Shown here: positions 9,218 through 22,862 of the stretch, one piece after another
Position numbering within the stretch: position 1 is the first letter of the stretch
How the letters are laid out: every line of letters begins with the position of its first letter
Source of the DNA: Chiloscyllium plagiosum
Taxonomy: Eukaryota
DNA length: 32,184 nt
Reading direction: 5' to 3'
Assembly: GCF_004010195.1 (NCBI RefSeq)
Contig: NC_057718.1
Span: 47,170,116 to 47,202,299 of the forward strand
Translations under genes and position numbers: made by a program
Notes under the pieces: model-generated
Databases searched by the model: none
What the model was told of the DNA's origin: nothing
The model's input: the letters and a program-made list of their open reading frames with translations, nothing else

Positions 9218-11424
9218 CTGAAAATAAATAGTCAATACTATTTTGTCAATGAGAAATATAAGCTACATAAAGGAAGCAAAGAAGGTAAATAGGAGTATTA
9301 TACAGGTATTCCTTTTTCTTTAGCGGTTTCAATCATGAAATCTTCACAATGGCATAACCTGCATTCAATGCATTTTAACAGGGCCTACTGTTGTTTAGGC
9401 TGTTTCACACATTATTTTTGTAGGTTAACTTAATGAGCAAATATTCCATTTAACTGAATTGTTACCTAGAATTAACAGCACAGGAACAGATCATTCAGCC
9501 TAACTAGACTATGATGGCATTTATACTCTACATGAGTCTTTTCCTATCTTACTTTCATTTATCAACACTTTCTTCTATTGAGGTCTCTCCCATGCATTCA
9601 CCTAGTGTTGTCTTAAATGTCTCAACTACTCTATGTTATACAAGTCTAACCACGTCAATGCATAAATCTGCAGTGCAAATTATTTATTAGAGAGCACCTG
9701 TTTTATGAGCCTTGGATGCCATCTACTTCAAAATCTATTGAATACTGCAAGTCTACAGATCCTATAGTAATACTGTATCTATCTCAAAGTAGAAATGATT
9801 AATGATGTGTCATCATGAATAGAGAGGACTACTTTCATCTAGTCAAAAGCAAGCTTGGAGTGCTTTATCTATTCTGGTGTTTCCCTACTTCACTTTTCTA
9901 CAATGTAAGTTTAACAATCAAGTTCTGTGACTATATCTGTTTGCAATGTTAATCATGTCAAGTCAGTACAAGTTTAAATATTTTCAAACATTGTTCAACA
10001 CTGTGCAAGTTCTGACAGAACCATACGGGTGGTTTTGTCTGCACTGATTAAAAAAAGTACCATCTTCCTAACAGGTTAGTGTGAATCTACATGTAATTTT
10101 ATAAAATGTGCAAAAGGCAGCCAACAGGGTGAAACAGGATGGAACAGGACAGGAAGAAATTGTGAGAACAAGCTGTCTGAAACAATAATCATTGATGTTG
10201 GCAACCACGAAAGGATCAATACCATAGATATATGATTGATGTTGGAAAGAATGACCAGAAAGAATGACCAGAAATAATATAATGAGTTTAACCAACTTGT
10301 TATTTTTATTAAAAGAAAACTGTATCTTATGAAACAACTGTGGAATATCCTTCAAATAAATAAGTGAAAAACTGTCAAGATATCAACAATGAGCCACATT
10401 ATTTAATCTGTTTTCCACAAACACAAGTTAGTTCAAAACCTTTAAGTCTGCTTGAAAATTAGTTCAGTCTGCTTAGAGCCCATTAAAACCATTTATATGA
10501 AACATTTATTAATGGGGTTTAGAAGTGAAGCATCAGAACTAAGTTTGGTCCTGTCCTCTCCCAACATTTATTTATGTATACTTTTCCAGCAGGAATTAGA
10601 TACTTCCTTTCTAACCTGGGAACACTGCTTTCACTGTCATTCTCGTTTAAATCAATGACTTATCATAAATCAAGAATCAAATCTGAGAGCTTTTGATCTC
10701 TAGCTCAAAACATACCACACAGGGCTTTCACCCACTCAATTATACTGTTCTGTTTCTGTCCGAATTTACGTCATCAAAGATTTGGAATGAAATTGTGTGC
10801 ACAAGTTATATCAAGCAGGAAAATCTGCCAGATTATCACAAAAATCTTCTGCCTGACTCACCACATCAGTAAATTTCTTTCTCATCTGAAATCAAAGAAG
10901 CAATTTTTCTCCTTTGACCAGGCCAAGTATCCATTTAGATTATATTAAGATTTTTTTTAGATTCAGTGACTGGATTTGTTAACAGTGATGATATAGGTTT
11001 GGTATTTCTGATCGATCAGCATCAGCAACTTGTTTGCATGGAGGTTAGAATCGTCAAACAAGAACTTATCTCTGCAAATTGAGCAAACAACAAAATATGC
11101 AATTGGGTACAACATACAGTGGGATGAATTATGAGACTGAAATACAATAAAATAATTAACTGTAATTGTGATATTGGGGGAGACAATTAGATAGGCGCCT
11201 TGTATAAAAATGTGGGATTGGTGATAATTGGGATAGGGAGGAACTATGAGGCAATGAAACCATAAAAGGACATTTAAACGTATCTGTGAGATTAGGTCAG
11301 ACCATTAATTTAACAACATACATCCAAATGTGGTATTCATGATAACACAGGGTGGAGGGGAATTCGAACAGCAACCTATTAGACATCATATTGGGAGACA
11401 GAAAATGATGAAAAGCTTTTTCTA

Positions 11425-12260
11425 TTCATTCATGGAACATGGACATCACTGGCTAGCCCTGAATTGATTGCTCATCCTTAATAGCCTTGGAGCAGGACGT
11501 GATTAATTGCCTTCTTGAATTGCTGTGGTTTTTGGGGTGTAGAGTCCCACAATAGTGTTCAGAAGGAAATTTTAGAAAGTTGACACAGCCAAAATGAAGA
11601 AACAGTAATATAGTTTCAAGTTAGAATAGTGTGGGGCTTGGAGGGAAACTTTCAGATGGTGTTGCTCTGCATCTGCTGCAATTGCTCATCCAGGTAATAG
11701 AGGTCACAGGTTTGGAAGGCGTTGTTGTTAGAAGAAGCTTGATGAATTACTGCAGTGCACTGTACAGATGGGACATACTGCTGCCACTGGGTGTCAGCAG
11801 TGAAGGTAGTGAATATTGAAGGTGATGGATGGGTGCCAATCAAACACTGTACAATGATCAACAACATCCTACACTTCTGACCTTATGATGACAAGAAGGT
11901 CATTGATGAAGCAACTGAAGATGGTTGTCCCCAGGACACTACTTTGAGAAACTCCTGCAGCAATATCTTCAATTGACCTCCAATAACTACAAACATCTTT
12001 ATGCTGAGAATGTCTCCAACTAGTGAGGTTTGCACACAGGAGATACCTATGCAAATTTCCACGTTTTTGAGTAGATGCCAGTTTTGCAGCTATACTGGAA
12101 CAACTTGGATGGGAAAGTTGCTAGTTCTGTAGCCCCATTCATACGTACTCTCACCAGAATGTTTCAGGGTTCGCAGCCGTTGCAGTATCTAATGCCTTCA
12201 GCCATTCTTGATATTGCACACACTGAATCGAATTGGGGCTGGGACCTCAGGAGGAAGTCA
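11425..12260 (-). mobile_element. CR1/L2-clade LINE (RT fragment and 3' end), internally deleted
   Basis: Minus ORF 11869-12054 contains GVSQSSVLGTTIFSCFINDL, the RT motif GVPQGSVLGP..F..FINDL. Confidence 0.8.
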
Positions 12261-12329
12261 GCTGGTGCTGGAAAACCATAGCACAAAGTTTTAGGCAAAC
12301 CTATACTAGATATTTCTAAAAATTTACTC

Positions 12330-12800
12330 ACAGGATGTGAGCATAACTGGCTAGGTAAGAAGTTATTACTAATCCCTAATTGTCCAAGAGAAGGTGGGAT
12401 TGACAATGCTTATTGAACCACTGCAGTCCCCCATGTGGTTTTGGCACACTCACTGTGCTACAGGTACATTCACAATACTGTTAGGGATAAGAGTTCCAGG
12501 ACTTTTACCCAGCATGGTAAAGGATTGGTAATATAGTAAGAAGTCAGGATCACATTTGGCTTGGAGGGAGCTTGAGGGTGATGATGTTCCCATTCATGTG
12601 CTACCATTGTCCTTCTAGGTGCTAGAGGTCAAAGGTATGGAAGACCAGTCTCTGGAACTTTGGTGAGTTGTTGGAGCTTTGTATAGATTGTACATATTGT
12701 CACTATTGTGAGGCAATGTGGCGGGGTGTAAGTGATTGAAGTGCTACTATCAGACCTGGTTTACCCTGGATGGTGTTGACCTTTTTCAGTTGTTGTTGTA
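12330..12800 (-). mobile_element. Second 3' fragment of the same CR1/L2-clade LINE
   Basis: Collinear similarity to 11430-11870. Confidence 0.7.
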
Positions 12801-14989
12801 GCCATATTTTATTGAGGAAAAACTTTTGATATCAGCATTTCCATCTCATCATGTGCCCATTGGAGGCCCTCAACCCCAAAGTATTTCAATCACTTTCTCC
12901 CTCAATTCATGTTTGTCCTGTATATCTCACCATGTTGATCCTGATCACCCAAACCCATTCCCAGGATCCATAAGCCTGGGCCTGACAAATTTTACCTCAT
13001 CTGGATTTCATATTGCTTTTTGAGGGACACAATGTTATCCCGGAAGTGGAGAGTACTCCTGGTGAGTTTGACTGGCTGGAGTTCTGAAGTGGGCATCCTC
13101 TCCAATGAGGAAAGCAGATCTTTCTCCAGCCAATTCAGGGGATAAGACCTGTAAATGGTTGCAGGGGTAATTGGCCAAGTTCAGCCATTGAGGCTAGCAC
13201 TCAAGAACCTTACTCCCCAACGTAAAATTCAACCATGATTTGTTTTTTTTAAAGCACCCCAGTCCGATTAATATTGAAAACACTACAATTGCCCTCAACA
13301 GCTATGATCAGTCCCAATGTTCTCTTTTCTAGAAGAGTAGAAATTAGCAGTTGTCCTCCTGATTGTTAACTAGTAACTACTTCCAGAAACTGCAAGGATA
13401 AGGAATTCAACATAGACTTTCAACTCGATGTCAAAAATTATTGTGATAAGCTGTCCTTAATGGAAACTATCCAATTTTTATTCTGTAGTGAGGAATTTGA
13501 CACCCTGCTGTGAAATGGCAATGGAATCACAAAGAAGCTAGCAAATTAATTTGAGGCAGTTAACTAACATGAAAATTTTAAAAGACATTCAATACATATA
13601 ATATATCTATGATGGTTTGTTTCAGTGATGCAGCAGTTATTTTTAAATTGAAGTTTACTGCTGCTGTGACTAGTTTGCTTCGAATATTCAACCTTTTGAT
13701 GAATCTGTTTGAATAAGCTGCCAAAAACAAGGAAGAACATCCTAAAGACTAGCGTCTCAAGGTGTCAGCACCTTCAAGAGGGGGAGAAAATGTGAAAGAA
13801 AGCAGAAAATATGTGAAATATTGTTAGATATTTTTTCAAAATTACTTTTGAAATAGTTATGTGCTACTTTAAATAGTTCCCTCATAAAATTGGTTCCAGA
13901 TTTTGTAGATTGCTGTAAATAGCTCTTTGTTTCAAACATTTGAGCTTGCCAAGAAGCAGTTCTAAAAGAAGACACTTTACGCTTGAATCATCAATTGAAA
14001 TAGTGTAACAATCCTTTTATCAAGTAAGTCATTTTGCTCTTTTGGTACTCTTATGTTACTTATTATTAAACTGCATGATATGGCCTTGACCTGGTTTCAT
14101 AAGTTGATTTGAAATAGAAATTTTGATCCTGTTGATATGACTTGCCACTTATTTAAGTCTTCGCAGAATTTTAAAGAGAATATTTAAATTTAAATTGGCA
14201 TGCTTTCACTCAAATATTTCATGATTAGTAAATTAAATATTACTAGGGCAACTAGCACTTATGTTGAATCTTTTCAGTTGAAAATGTCCCAAGGTGATTT
14301 ACAGTGATGTAATTCTAAAAAAAAAGGAATGGACTACCAAAAAGCCTTTTCACGAAAGGGTGGATTTTTAGTTGGATTGTAAAGAGGACAGGCATGACTG
14401 AGAGATGAGGGAAAGAAATGTAGACAGCTGAAAGCATCACTGAAGTTGGGCAAAGGAGAGGGTTGCATTGGAGGGCAAATTTCAGTGAGTTTGGCATTCA
14501 ATTGCATTGCATTTTCAACACTGAAGATGTAATATTCAATAATGGTTCACATATGGTTAAGGTATATATTTACCATGAACTATTAGCACAAATGATTTAT
14601 TTTGAATGTAACTGTTCCCCAAATGGTTGCATGCCATACTCTATTCTTCTTTAAAATCAGGAGTTTAGAGCAGATTAGGTGATTTGTAGTTAGTTTTGTA
14701 CAGGGCCTGAGTCCTTTGAAAAAAAAATTATGAATGCCTTCTATTAACTGCAGAAACACAAAATTGACACTATGTGATACATTTATCACTTTAACAGTTT
14801 CAGACTAAAGGTTTTTCTTCCTCCATTTAAGCAGTATCACTTCAAATGGATCTGACACAAATTGAAATTTATGGATACAGATGGTGCAATGCTTTAGTTT
14901 GTCAGTGAAGAGTCAATTCTTCATGTGAATGTCATGTGCGACTTAGCTAAGGGACCCTTACACTGTATTCAATGTCCATACACACACTT

Positions 14990-15548
14990 TCTTATAAAAC
15001 TCTGGTTAGCCCATTTGAAATGCTGTGAGCAGATCTGCGCACCACACCTGAGGAAGGATATATTGGTCTTGAAAGGACTACAACATAGGTTTACAAGAAT
15101 GATACCTGGATTTCAGGGGCTAACTTATGAGGAAAGATTATGTAAATTAGCTTGTTTTCTCTAGAATTTAGAAGGATATGAGATGATCTGATCAAAGTCT
15201 TCTGAATATTAACTGGAAAAGGTAGGGCAGATAAACTACTTCCACTGGTTGGAGATTCTAGAAATAGAGCCATAATCTAAAAACGAATTAGGGCCACACC
15301 ATTCAGGAGAGATATTAGGAAGCAATTCTACACAATAAAGGTGGTAGATCTTGGAACTCTTTTTCACAATTGGCAGTTGATGCTAGATCAGTTTTAATTT
15401 TAAATCTGAGATAGATAATTTTTTGTGAAGCAAATATATTAAAGGAAATGGGCTAAAGGCCATATGAAATAGGCTGCAGACCAGCCATGATCTCATTGAA
15501 AGGTAGGGCAGGTTCAGGGGGCTAAACAACTTACTCCTGCTTCTATGA
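14990..15548 (+). mobile_element. CR1-type LINE 3' end
   Basis: ORF 14925-15164 includes APHLRKDILVLKGLQHRFTRMIPGFQGLTYEERL (CR1 ORF2 C-terminus); tail ...ttactcctgcttctatg. Confidence 0.88.
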
Positions 15549-15793
15549 ATTGCTAGATTGCAGTGTATTTTATTTACCCATTCTTAGCTCAATAATAATA
15601 AAGCTGACGTTAATACCTCTGCTAAATCTCATTTAAAGTCAACTATTTCTGCACAAATCTGAATAAAACCAAAGACCCACCAAATCTATACTGGTCCATA
15701 ATACAACACATGATACTTTTAATACTAACAGATCAGATTAAATTAAAAGTTTGGATATTTCGCAAATAACTGCAAACGATATGGTGTACTTAC

Positions 15794-15867
15794 CTCTCTG
15801 AAAGTTCTATAAGCCTTTCAAATTCTCCAGAATGCTCTGCTACTGCCACAAGAGCTAGAAGTCCAGC
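15794..15867 (-). CDS. TATDN3: TATDN3 coding exon 3 (AGLLALVAVAEHSGEFERLIELSE-R)
   Basis: Acceptor cttcacag, donor AG|gtaagt, 74 nt, phase 0/2; resembles human ANVVALVAVAEHSGEFEKIMQLSER. Confidence 0.96.
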
Positions 15868-16457
15868 CTGTGAAGATCAAAAATTGTTGTGCTAGATTAT
15901 CATACTCAAATCAGCAATAGCATTTTGTGTTCAAGGTGCAATCCAAAATATAAACACAGTTGCTCAGCTCTAACTAAAAGCTACATCATTATCAGGAATG
16001 GAAGCTAAGTTGATAACCCACCTTGTCACATGATACTCCACATTAGCTGGAGTGTCAGTTGTGATACTGATTCTGTTGCATTGTTTAATTGAGTTTTCTG
16101 TGAAACAGCTAGACTACACATTGTCAGAAACACATCATTGCATTCTCACCAGACTGTCTAATATAAAAATATTGTCCAGATTGGGTAAAATTGATATTTA
16201 AAAGATTGCCAAATCATAAGCGTAGAATTGTTTAGAAATGCTCAAACTCATGTAATTTCACCAGAAGTGCATGTATAAACAGGATTGTTACACTTTATTG
16301 CCAGAGAGGTTTGGAGGAAATTTGCGACTAGTACTTATAGCCATTACACCAACAATATCAATTTTAAAATAATTGTATTTTGATGATTACGTGCAAAGAA
16401 GCACATTTATATGTGCTTTCTTTATTGAGAATTAATTGAAATAAATGAACATTGTAC

Positions 16458-16490
16458 CTTTTTAGCTTGTTCTATCACAGCATCAATATC
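16458..16490 (-). CDS. TATDN3: TATDN3 coding exon 2 (DIDAVIEQAKK), 33 nt
   Basis: Acceptor tttattttag, donor AAG|gtac, phase 0/0; resembles human DLDDVLEKAKK. Confidence 0.92.
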
Positions 16491-17067
16491 CTAAAATAAA
16501 AACAACAAGATTAGTAACACTATCCATATCCAAATGATGAGTTTATTTAAATGAAATTTATCAAAGATAATTATGCAAATTAAAAATACTATTGGGCATT
16601 AATGACAGCAGTCTTTAGGTATATGCTATGTTGTATATTTTCCTGTATTGAATACCATTATGAAAACTGGGAATCTTTTCAGGCAATCTAACACAAATGT
16701 AGAATGAAAAAGTATAGTATCCTGCATGCATCCTTTCAAATTTATTACACTAGACATTCTTACATCAGAAAAGCCAACCTGATACCTCAGAGGTGTCATG
16801 GTCAAGTCCACAAAATAGCTCATGCAGCCATATTGCCAGCCCCCAGTCTGCACTCAACCTGTCTGTATAGCCTTGAGACTCCAACTGAGCTTACATGTAA
16901 CCATATTATAGATATGTAGTTCCATATTAGATGAAGACCCCAGCCAATTACAATTTTCTACTGTTAAGAATAAATCACATGGATCGCAAACCGTGTATGG
17001 ACCAAGGCATGAAAGGGTGGAAGATTTCTTTCCATGAAATTAGTGAAGCAGATTTTTTTAAAAACAA

Positions 17068-17263
17068 AACAAAAATAAAGACCTGTGGACGCTAGAGATC
17101 AATACAAAAAAAAAGAAATTGTTGGAGAAATGCAACAGATCTGCTAGCACCTGTGGGGAGAAAGTAGAGTTAATGTACATCTGGTCACTGGAAATGTGAA
17201 CTCTGCTTTATCTCCTCAGATGCTGCCTGACCTGCTGAGTTTCCCCAGCAAATTCTGCTTTGG
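17068..17263. mobile_element. Short fold-back Penelope-terminus-derived element inserted in a SINE
   Basis: Imperfect inverted arms; shares GATGCTGCCTGACCTGCTG with 2144-2857; 13-bp TSD TTTTTAAAAACAA (17055-17067, 17264-17276). Confidence 0.75.
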
Positions 17264-17849
17264 TTTTTAAAAACAATCTAGTAGTTTTACAGTCACTATT
17301 ACTTTTTCTATCTTGTTACTCCAGATTTATTTAATAACTGAATTTAAGTTCTCTAGCTTCCAGATGGGATTTGAAATCATATCTCTGGGTCATTAATTAA
17401 GGCCTCTGGATTACTTGTCCAGTAATAGAATAACTATGTTTGTGAGGCAGAGGAAGTCAACAAATTTAAAACACGATTCCAGAATGAAGAGCTTTGAGGC
17501 ATTTCCTGAAACAATAAACCCATTTGACCTAAAAACAGACATTGAAGAAAAAAAAATGGACCTAAACAAGGTACTCAATGAATAAAATCAACCAGAAATA
17601 ATCATTTCATATGTGACAAGGGAATTGGACAAGATGTGACCGATTCAGAGCTACGATTGACAAATCTCTGACAATGTCAAAACAATGTTTTACACAGAGG
17701 ATGAACAATATCCACAATGGGTTGCTAGGTGGATTGGTAACACCCAGATTCTTATAAGAAAATTGTAGATTCTGTAATATGTAGAAGGTATATTTAAAAG
17801 TCTGAAATAATGTGATCATAGGCACTGAAGCATAACGGTGTATTTAGAC

Positions 17850-17861
17850 CGCCACCTAGTG
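17850..17861 (-). promoter_or_regulatory. Candidate CTCF binding site
   Basis: CGCCACCTAGTG matches the reverse-strand CTCF core CGCC(C/A)CCT(A/G)GTGG except the last base; CpG retained in CpG-poor unique DNA. Confidence 0.45.
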
Positions 17862-19258
17862 CTCTTCTCATTTATTAATGGGAGCATGAACATAAGGATA
17901 TTTTTCTTTATATATTGTTGTGCAAAATATTTTGTTTGGGAATATACATTCTAGGTTAATAATATCTGATGAAGAAAATTTACTATAGGTCAGTGGATAG
18001 ATAATTTGCTTATAAATTAAGGATACTTTAATAAATAAATTTTATATTTACACAACGTGTATCAGGCAAATGATTCCTTAAATATAGCAGGAAATGTTTA
18101 TTCAGATTTTACATATTTGCTAGCTGCCTTGCCCGGAGCTTCATTCCTTCAATAACTTTCATCCAAATATGTTCAAATTCATAAATTGATGGAAAAAACC
18201 AAGTTTGAATGTCATCTGACATTAAATAGTACAATGAAATAAAAGGGAATAGACAATTGAATAAAACTAAAACATTAAATTCACATTTTTTAAACAATTG
18301 TATTCTGAACAATATAAGACATGAAGGTCACTCTGACATCCCTTTCCTAGTGAAACATATTCAAGGAATTTCCACGTTGTATTTCCTTTACTAAAAAGAT
18401 TTCTCAAACATTAGGAATTTATGAACGTAGAGCCCCTCAAACCAATTCCACAATTGTATTAGGTTATAACTGATCTGCATATTGACTCCATTCATCCTGT
18501 TTTGCTCCACATGCTAGCTCATATCATCGAAAAAAAATTCTTTCAACCTTAATCCTGAACGTGCTTCATTCTGTGTAGTTGTTTCTCCACTACTGTCTGA
18601 AGTTGTTTGTGAAGTTACCAAAAGGGCTTATCTTAATTCTTGTAGACTCCAGGATAAAGCAAAGGAGAAAGTATCCATATAAAACAATCACAATATTATC
18701 TGAGAACATTGTCTATTACCCCAGAAGATATATACTCAAGCTTGCAATGTTTTGTATCAATTTTGTATTTTATTTTTACATTTATCAGAATAAAGGGCGA
18801 CTGTCCTTTCACTAATTTTCTCTGCAAATTATTATCCCTCTTTTCTTAAAGGCGTTTACTTTTCCTGGAGTATGACTCCATGGGCTCTCATTTCCCTCTA
18901 GTATCCAGGTGGTTACTATTCATTCACACTCTTTGACTATGTCTAATTGGAAGTCACCTTCAAGAGTACCTGATGTGAAACACAGAATGGTTGGGGAACA
19001 TAGTGCTCTGTAAAGTGTGCTAAAGTCAGGAAATTTATGCAGGTGGGAATTTGGTGCAGAACAGGAAGTAGGTGCTGCTGTTTATCCTCTCATCTATACC
19101 TTCAGTAGTTGATAAGTATTTTCCTTTGTTCTTTAAACTAAAAGACTTGATACTACTTCCAAGCTAATCTAAGCTAATAACTAATTAAATAATTGAATAA
19201 ATGGGAATTGTGCCTGAGACAATTCTGTCCGCTGTACACCGAGGTCTAGTTCTGGATT

Positions 19259-19466
19259 AGGTCAGAAGTCACACGACACCAAGTTATAGTCCAACAGGTT
19301 TATTTGAAAGCACAAGCTTTTGGAGTGCTGCTTCTTCAACAGGTGAGGTGGTAAAGGAGCAGCATGCCGAAGGCTTCTGATTTCAAATAAACCTGTTGGA
19401 CTATAACCTGGTGTTGTGTGATCTCTGGCCTTGTCCACCTAGTCCAACACCAGCACCTCCACATCA
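19259..19466. mobile_element. Short fold-back Penelope-like terminal element
   Basis: Inverted arms (cacgacaccaagttatagtccaacaggtttatttgaaa / tttcaaataaacctgttggactataacctggtgttgtg) plus tail; 12-bp TSD TAG(T/C)TCTGGATT (19247-19258, 19467-19478); decayed hammerhead at the centre. Confidence 0.8.
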
Positions 19467-19824
19467 TAGCTCTGGATTCATACATGTCAGGAAAAGCAAG
19501 GGGTTCCATTATTTCTCCTGGGGAACTCATCCACAAACTTGCGCGAAGCCGAATACCATCCAGTAACTATAACTATCTGTTGTCCATCACTCAGCCAATT
19601 TTGTATCCATGTTGCTACAATCCTTTTTTTAACAGTTTGTGAAGGTGACAATTGACAGATTATTTCATAATATTGGGCAGTTCAGGGCACAGATATTTCC
19701 TTTCTTGTCCTGTACCCAAACACATAAGTCTGGATCTGTTTAAACTACTTTTGGAAATCTTGCACCAAATTGAGGGCTGCTTCAAATGTATGGCAGGTTT
19801 GGCAGTGTGGACTTATACTTAGTA

Positions 19825-20017
19825 AAACAAATGTAAAATAGGCTGGAAAAATTCAGATTGGCAGCTCCTGTGGAGACAAACAGAGTTAATTTTTGAAGTT
19901 TTAATGAAAAAGTGTCAACCTGAATGTTAACTGTTTCTCTCCAAACATGTTGTCAAATTTCTGAATTTTTCCACCTTTTTGTTATTTGTTCTTATTTCCG
20001 ATTTTCATGATCTGCAA
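19825..20017. mobile_element. Old fold-back element of the 17068-17263 family
   Basis: Imperfect arms ggagacaaacagagttaa / ttaactgtttctctcc. Confidence 0.55.
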
Positions 20018-20394
20018 TTTGGTTAAGATTAACCAAAATCTTTTTTTTTAATCCACGCAAACAGCAGACATCTTTGATGCCATGAGTACAGATTGTATTT
20101 TAAAACAAATGTGAAAGGCGGTCTCTGAGAAGCAATTCACAGCTTGGAAGTCAAGATAAGCTTTAGGTGTACAGGTCATGAGATAGAAAAAATAACAGAA
20201 GACAAAATAATTTAAGAATCTCTAAACGTGAAGTCAAAGAAGAAAGGTAAAATTGTAACATTCAGGGATTCAAGCTAATATTTGTGTAAATATGCACCAG
20301 ATATGGAAACAAAATTAAGGATTTAAGATTATTGCTTAAAATAAAAACACACAATACAGCAACTGCAGCTGGGCCAGGAATGAATATTTGACAA

Positions 20395-20765
20395 TAAGAC
20401 GTAAGAGCAAAGTGGGCCACTTAGCTCATTTGTGTCTGCTTTGTCATACAAAAAGATCATGGTTGATAATCCTCTACTTTCCTGCCTTTTCTTCATAATG
20501 CATAATTCCTTTACTGATTAAAAATTTTTCTAACACAGCACTGAATAGTGACTCAGCCTCTCCAATCCTCTATGATAAAGAATTCCAGATATTCACTACC
20601 CTCGAGAAGAAATTCCTTCTCATCTCTGACTTAAAATGGCAACTAGATTTAATGACTCTGTAACTCCTTATATTGAGATCACGCTGTGTGGTCTTCGATT
20701 CTCCCACAAGGGGAAGCGATTTTTCCACACCTAACCTGTCAAGTACCCTAAGAATATTGAATGCT
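20395..20765 (-). mobile_element. CR1-type LINE 3' end
   Basis: Collinear similarity with 8225-8600. Confidence 0.75.
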
Positions 20766-20769
20766 TAAA

Positions 20770-22310
20770 TCTAAATAAGTATGCCTGAGTATAAAATCGT
20801 TCGTAGGGACAGAGAAGAAATAAAGAAAACAGAAGTACCGTAGTAGCATTAAATAAAAAAATTCACAATAAGGGAGCATGAGGATATATACAGAAAATTG
20901 GGCTCAAGAAAATAATTTCTATTTGGAAAATAATACAAACCATCAAAAAGTAATGGAGATTGAGATCTGGAGAGAAACTAAATTATCAATTGCTAATATT
21001 GTAGTCATAATTGCAGGTACTGTCCAAATATCAGTTTGAATAAGGAACAAGATTATGCTGTTTTTGCTTACAATATATTAATGATTACCTTCTTAGTTGA
21101 AAAGGTTTTGCAGCTGTAGTTTTTGAAGAAAGAGAAAATCATATTTGATCCAATACTGCACAATAGTCTAGGGAACATAGAAAACCTAAAATAGGTTGTG
21201 TTGAAGCAGATACCATATAAATAGATCCAATATAAGTACAGGAAAGCTAAAATAAGTTAAAGACAAGAATATTTAACTGAAAAAATTGAAGTGCAATAAA
21301 ATGGGACCTTGCACAGATTAAATAGGAGAAAATAGCAAATAAAATGATGAACACCAGAGAATATTTAAACAAGAAATGGAAGGAGTATAGACTTTCTATA
21401 AATACATTACCAGTATGAGAATATTTAAGTTGTATCTGGACTATTAGGAGATTGAGCAGGTTTGTCAGAGAAATTGGGGAAATGGTGCAGATATCAAATT
21501 AATACTTTGCATCAATTTTCAAATTCAGTGGCTTTTGGGATTGTAGTAGCAGCAAAGGCATGTTTAGACCAGCTAATGCAGTTTATTATTCAAATTGATG
21601 GTATTAAAGAAGTTACTTGAACCCTGTGCACTTAAATTATTGGGATTCCTATTTCAAAGAACCATGAAGGGAATATGTGAAGAAATAGCAGAGACACTGA
21701 AATTATTCAAGACAAATACAATACCAGCACAGGAACAGGCCCTTCAGCCCACCAAGCCTGCATCAATTCCTAATCCTTATTTAGTCCCGTTACTTATGGC
21801 CCATATACAGTTTCTAACCTTCTGTTTGCCTCCAGTTCATGTGTCTACCAAGATACGCCCTAAATATTGCTAAAATGCCTTCTTGCACCATCTCCACTGG
21901 CAGTGTATTCCAGGCACTCACTAACCTGTGTGAAAAATTTTCCCTGCACTTCTCCCTGAGACTTTCCCCTCTCACTTTGGACCTGTGCGCGCTTGCAGTT
22001 GACCTTTCCATTCTGGGAAAAAAGCCTTTCTCTGTAAAAAATGATGCTATGAGACTGAATTGAGGTAAATAGCATTTTCTACTTTGTAGATCTTACTTTA
22101 GTTACTAGTAAACTGCTAGGGCCTGAAATACAGAAGGAAATCATAAGATTTGTATAGCATGATCTAACAAAAGTTAGATTTACAAAGGGTAGGTCATGTT
22201 TGACTCTTGTTTGATTGAAGGCATAACAGGAGAAATAGAAAAAGGAAATGCAATGGATCAGATCTACATGGATTTTCAAAGAAGCATTTGAAAGATATTG
22301 GCATCTAGGA
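20770..22310 (+). mobile_element. Very decayed CR1-type LINE with a younger minus-strand CR1 3' end nested at about 21720-22035
   Basis: Plus-strand remnants (yfasif near 21500; gftkgrscl and ymdf.eaf near 22170-22290); minus ORF 21814-22011 (NFSHRLVSAWNTLPVEMV) is a CR1 C-terminus. Confidence 0.65.
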
Positions 22311-22344
22311 TGCCACCTGCAGGCCAAATGCAGCTTTCAAACAG

Positions 22345-22760
22345 AAACTACAAAGTAGGTGCAGGAATAGACAATTCGAGCTTGCTCTGCCATTCAATGT
22401 GATGCTGGCTGATCATCCAACTCAGTACCCTGTTCCCACTTTGATCTCTTCATCCCTGAGAACAATATCGAACTCCTTCTTGAAAACATTTAATGATTTG
22501 GCCTCAACCACTATTTGTGGCAGACATGATTCAGAAGTGCTGGTGTTGCACTGGGGTGTACAAATTTTAAAAACACACATCTGGTTATAGAAGGAGTAGC
22601 GCTCCAAAAGCTAGTGCTTCCAAATAAGCCTGTTGAACTATAACCTGGTGTTGTGATTTTTATCTGTGATAGAGAATTCCACAAGTTCACCACTCTCTGG
22701 AGAAGGCATTTCTTTTGGTCTCAGTCTTAAATGGCCAACTCCGTATTCTTAGACTGTGAC
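22345..22760 (-). mobile_element. CR1-type LINE 3' end interrupted by a short Penelope-terminus insertion (about 22525-22660)
   Basis: CR1 peptide VVNLWNSLSQ...IVVEAKSLNVFKKEFD split by the insert; degenerate TSD tatttgtggcaga / tatctgtgataga. Confidence 0.75.
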
Positions 22761-22862
22761 TATGATCTGACCCATATGGGAGCTGTCAGTTATGCATAGA
22801 CTTTGTTCAGAAAATCTAGAGTTTGGTTTGTATAAGTTATTGAGTCTGGAGGATTGAAAAAA

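Noticed and set aside
10245..10274. 13-bp tandem duplication GAAAGAATGACCA x2
   Set aside because: Ordinary local slippage duplication with no other support.
16024..16066. 17-bp hairpin as a pre-miRNA
   Set aside because: Stem is too short, and its G-U pairs become mismatches on the transcribed minus strand.
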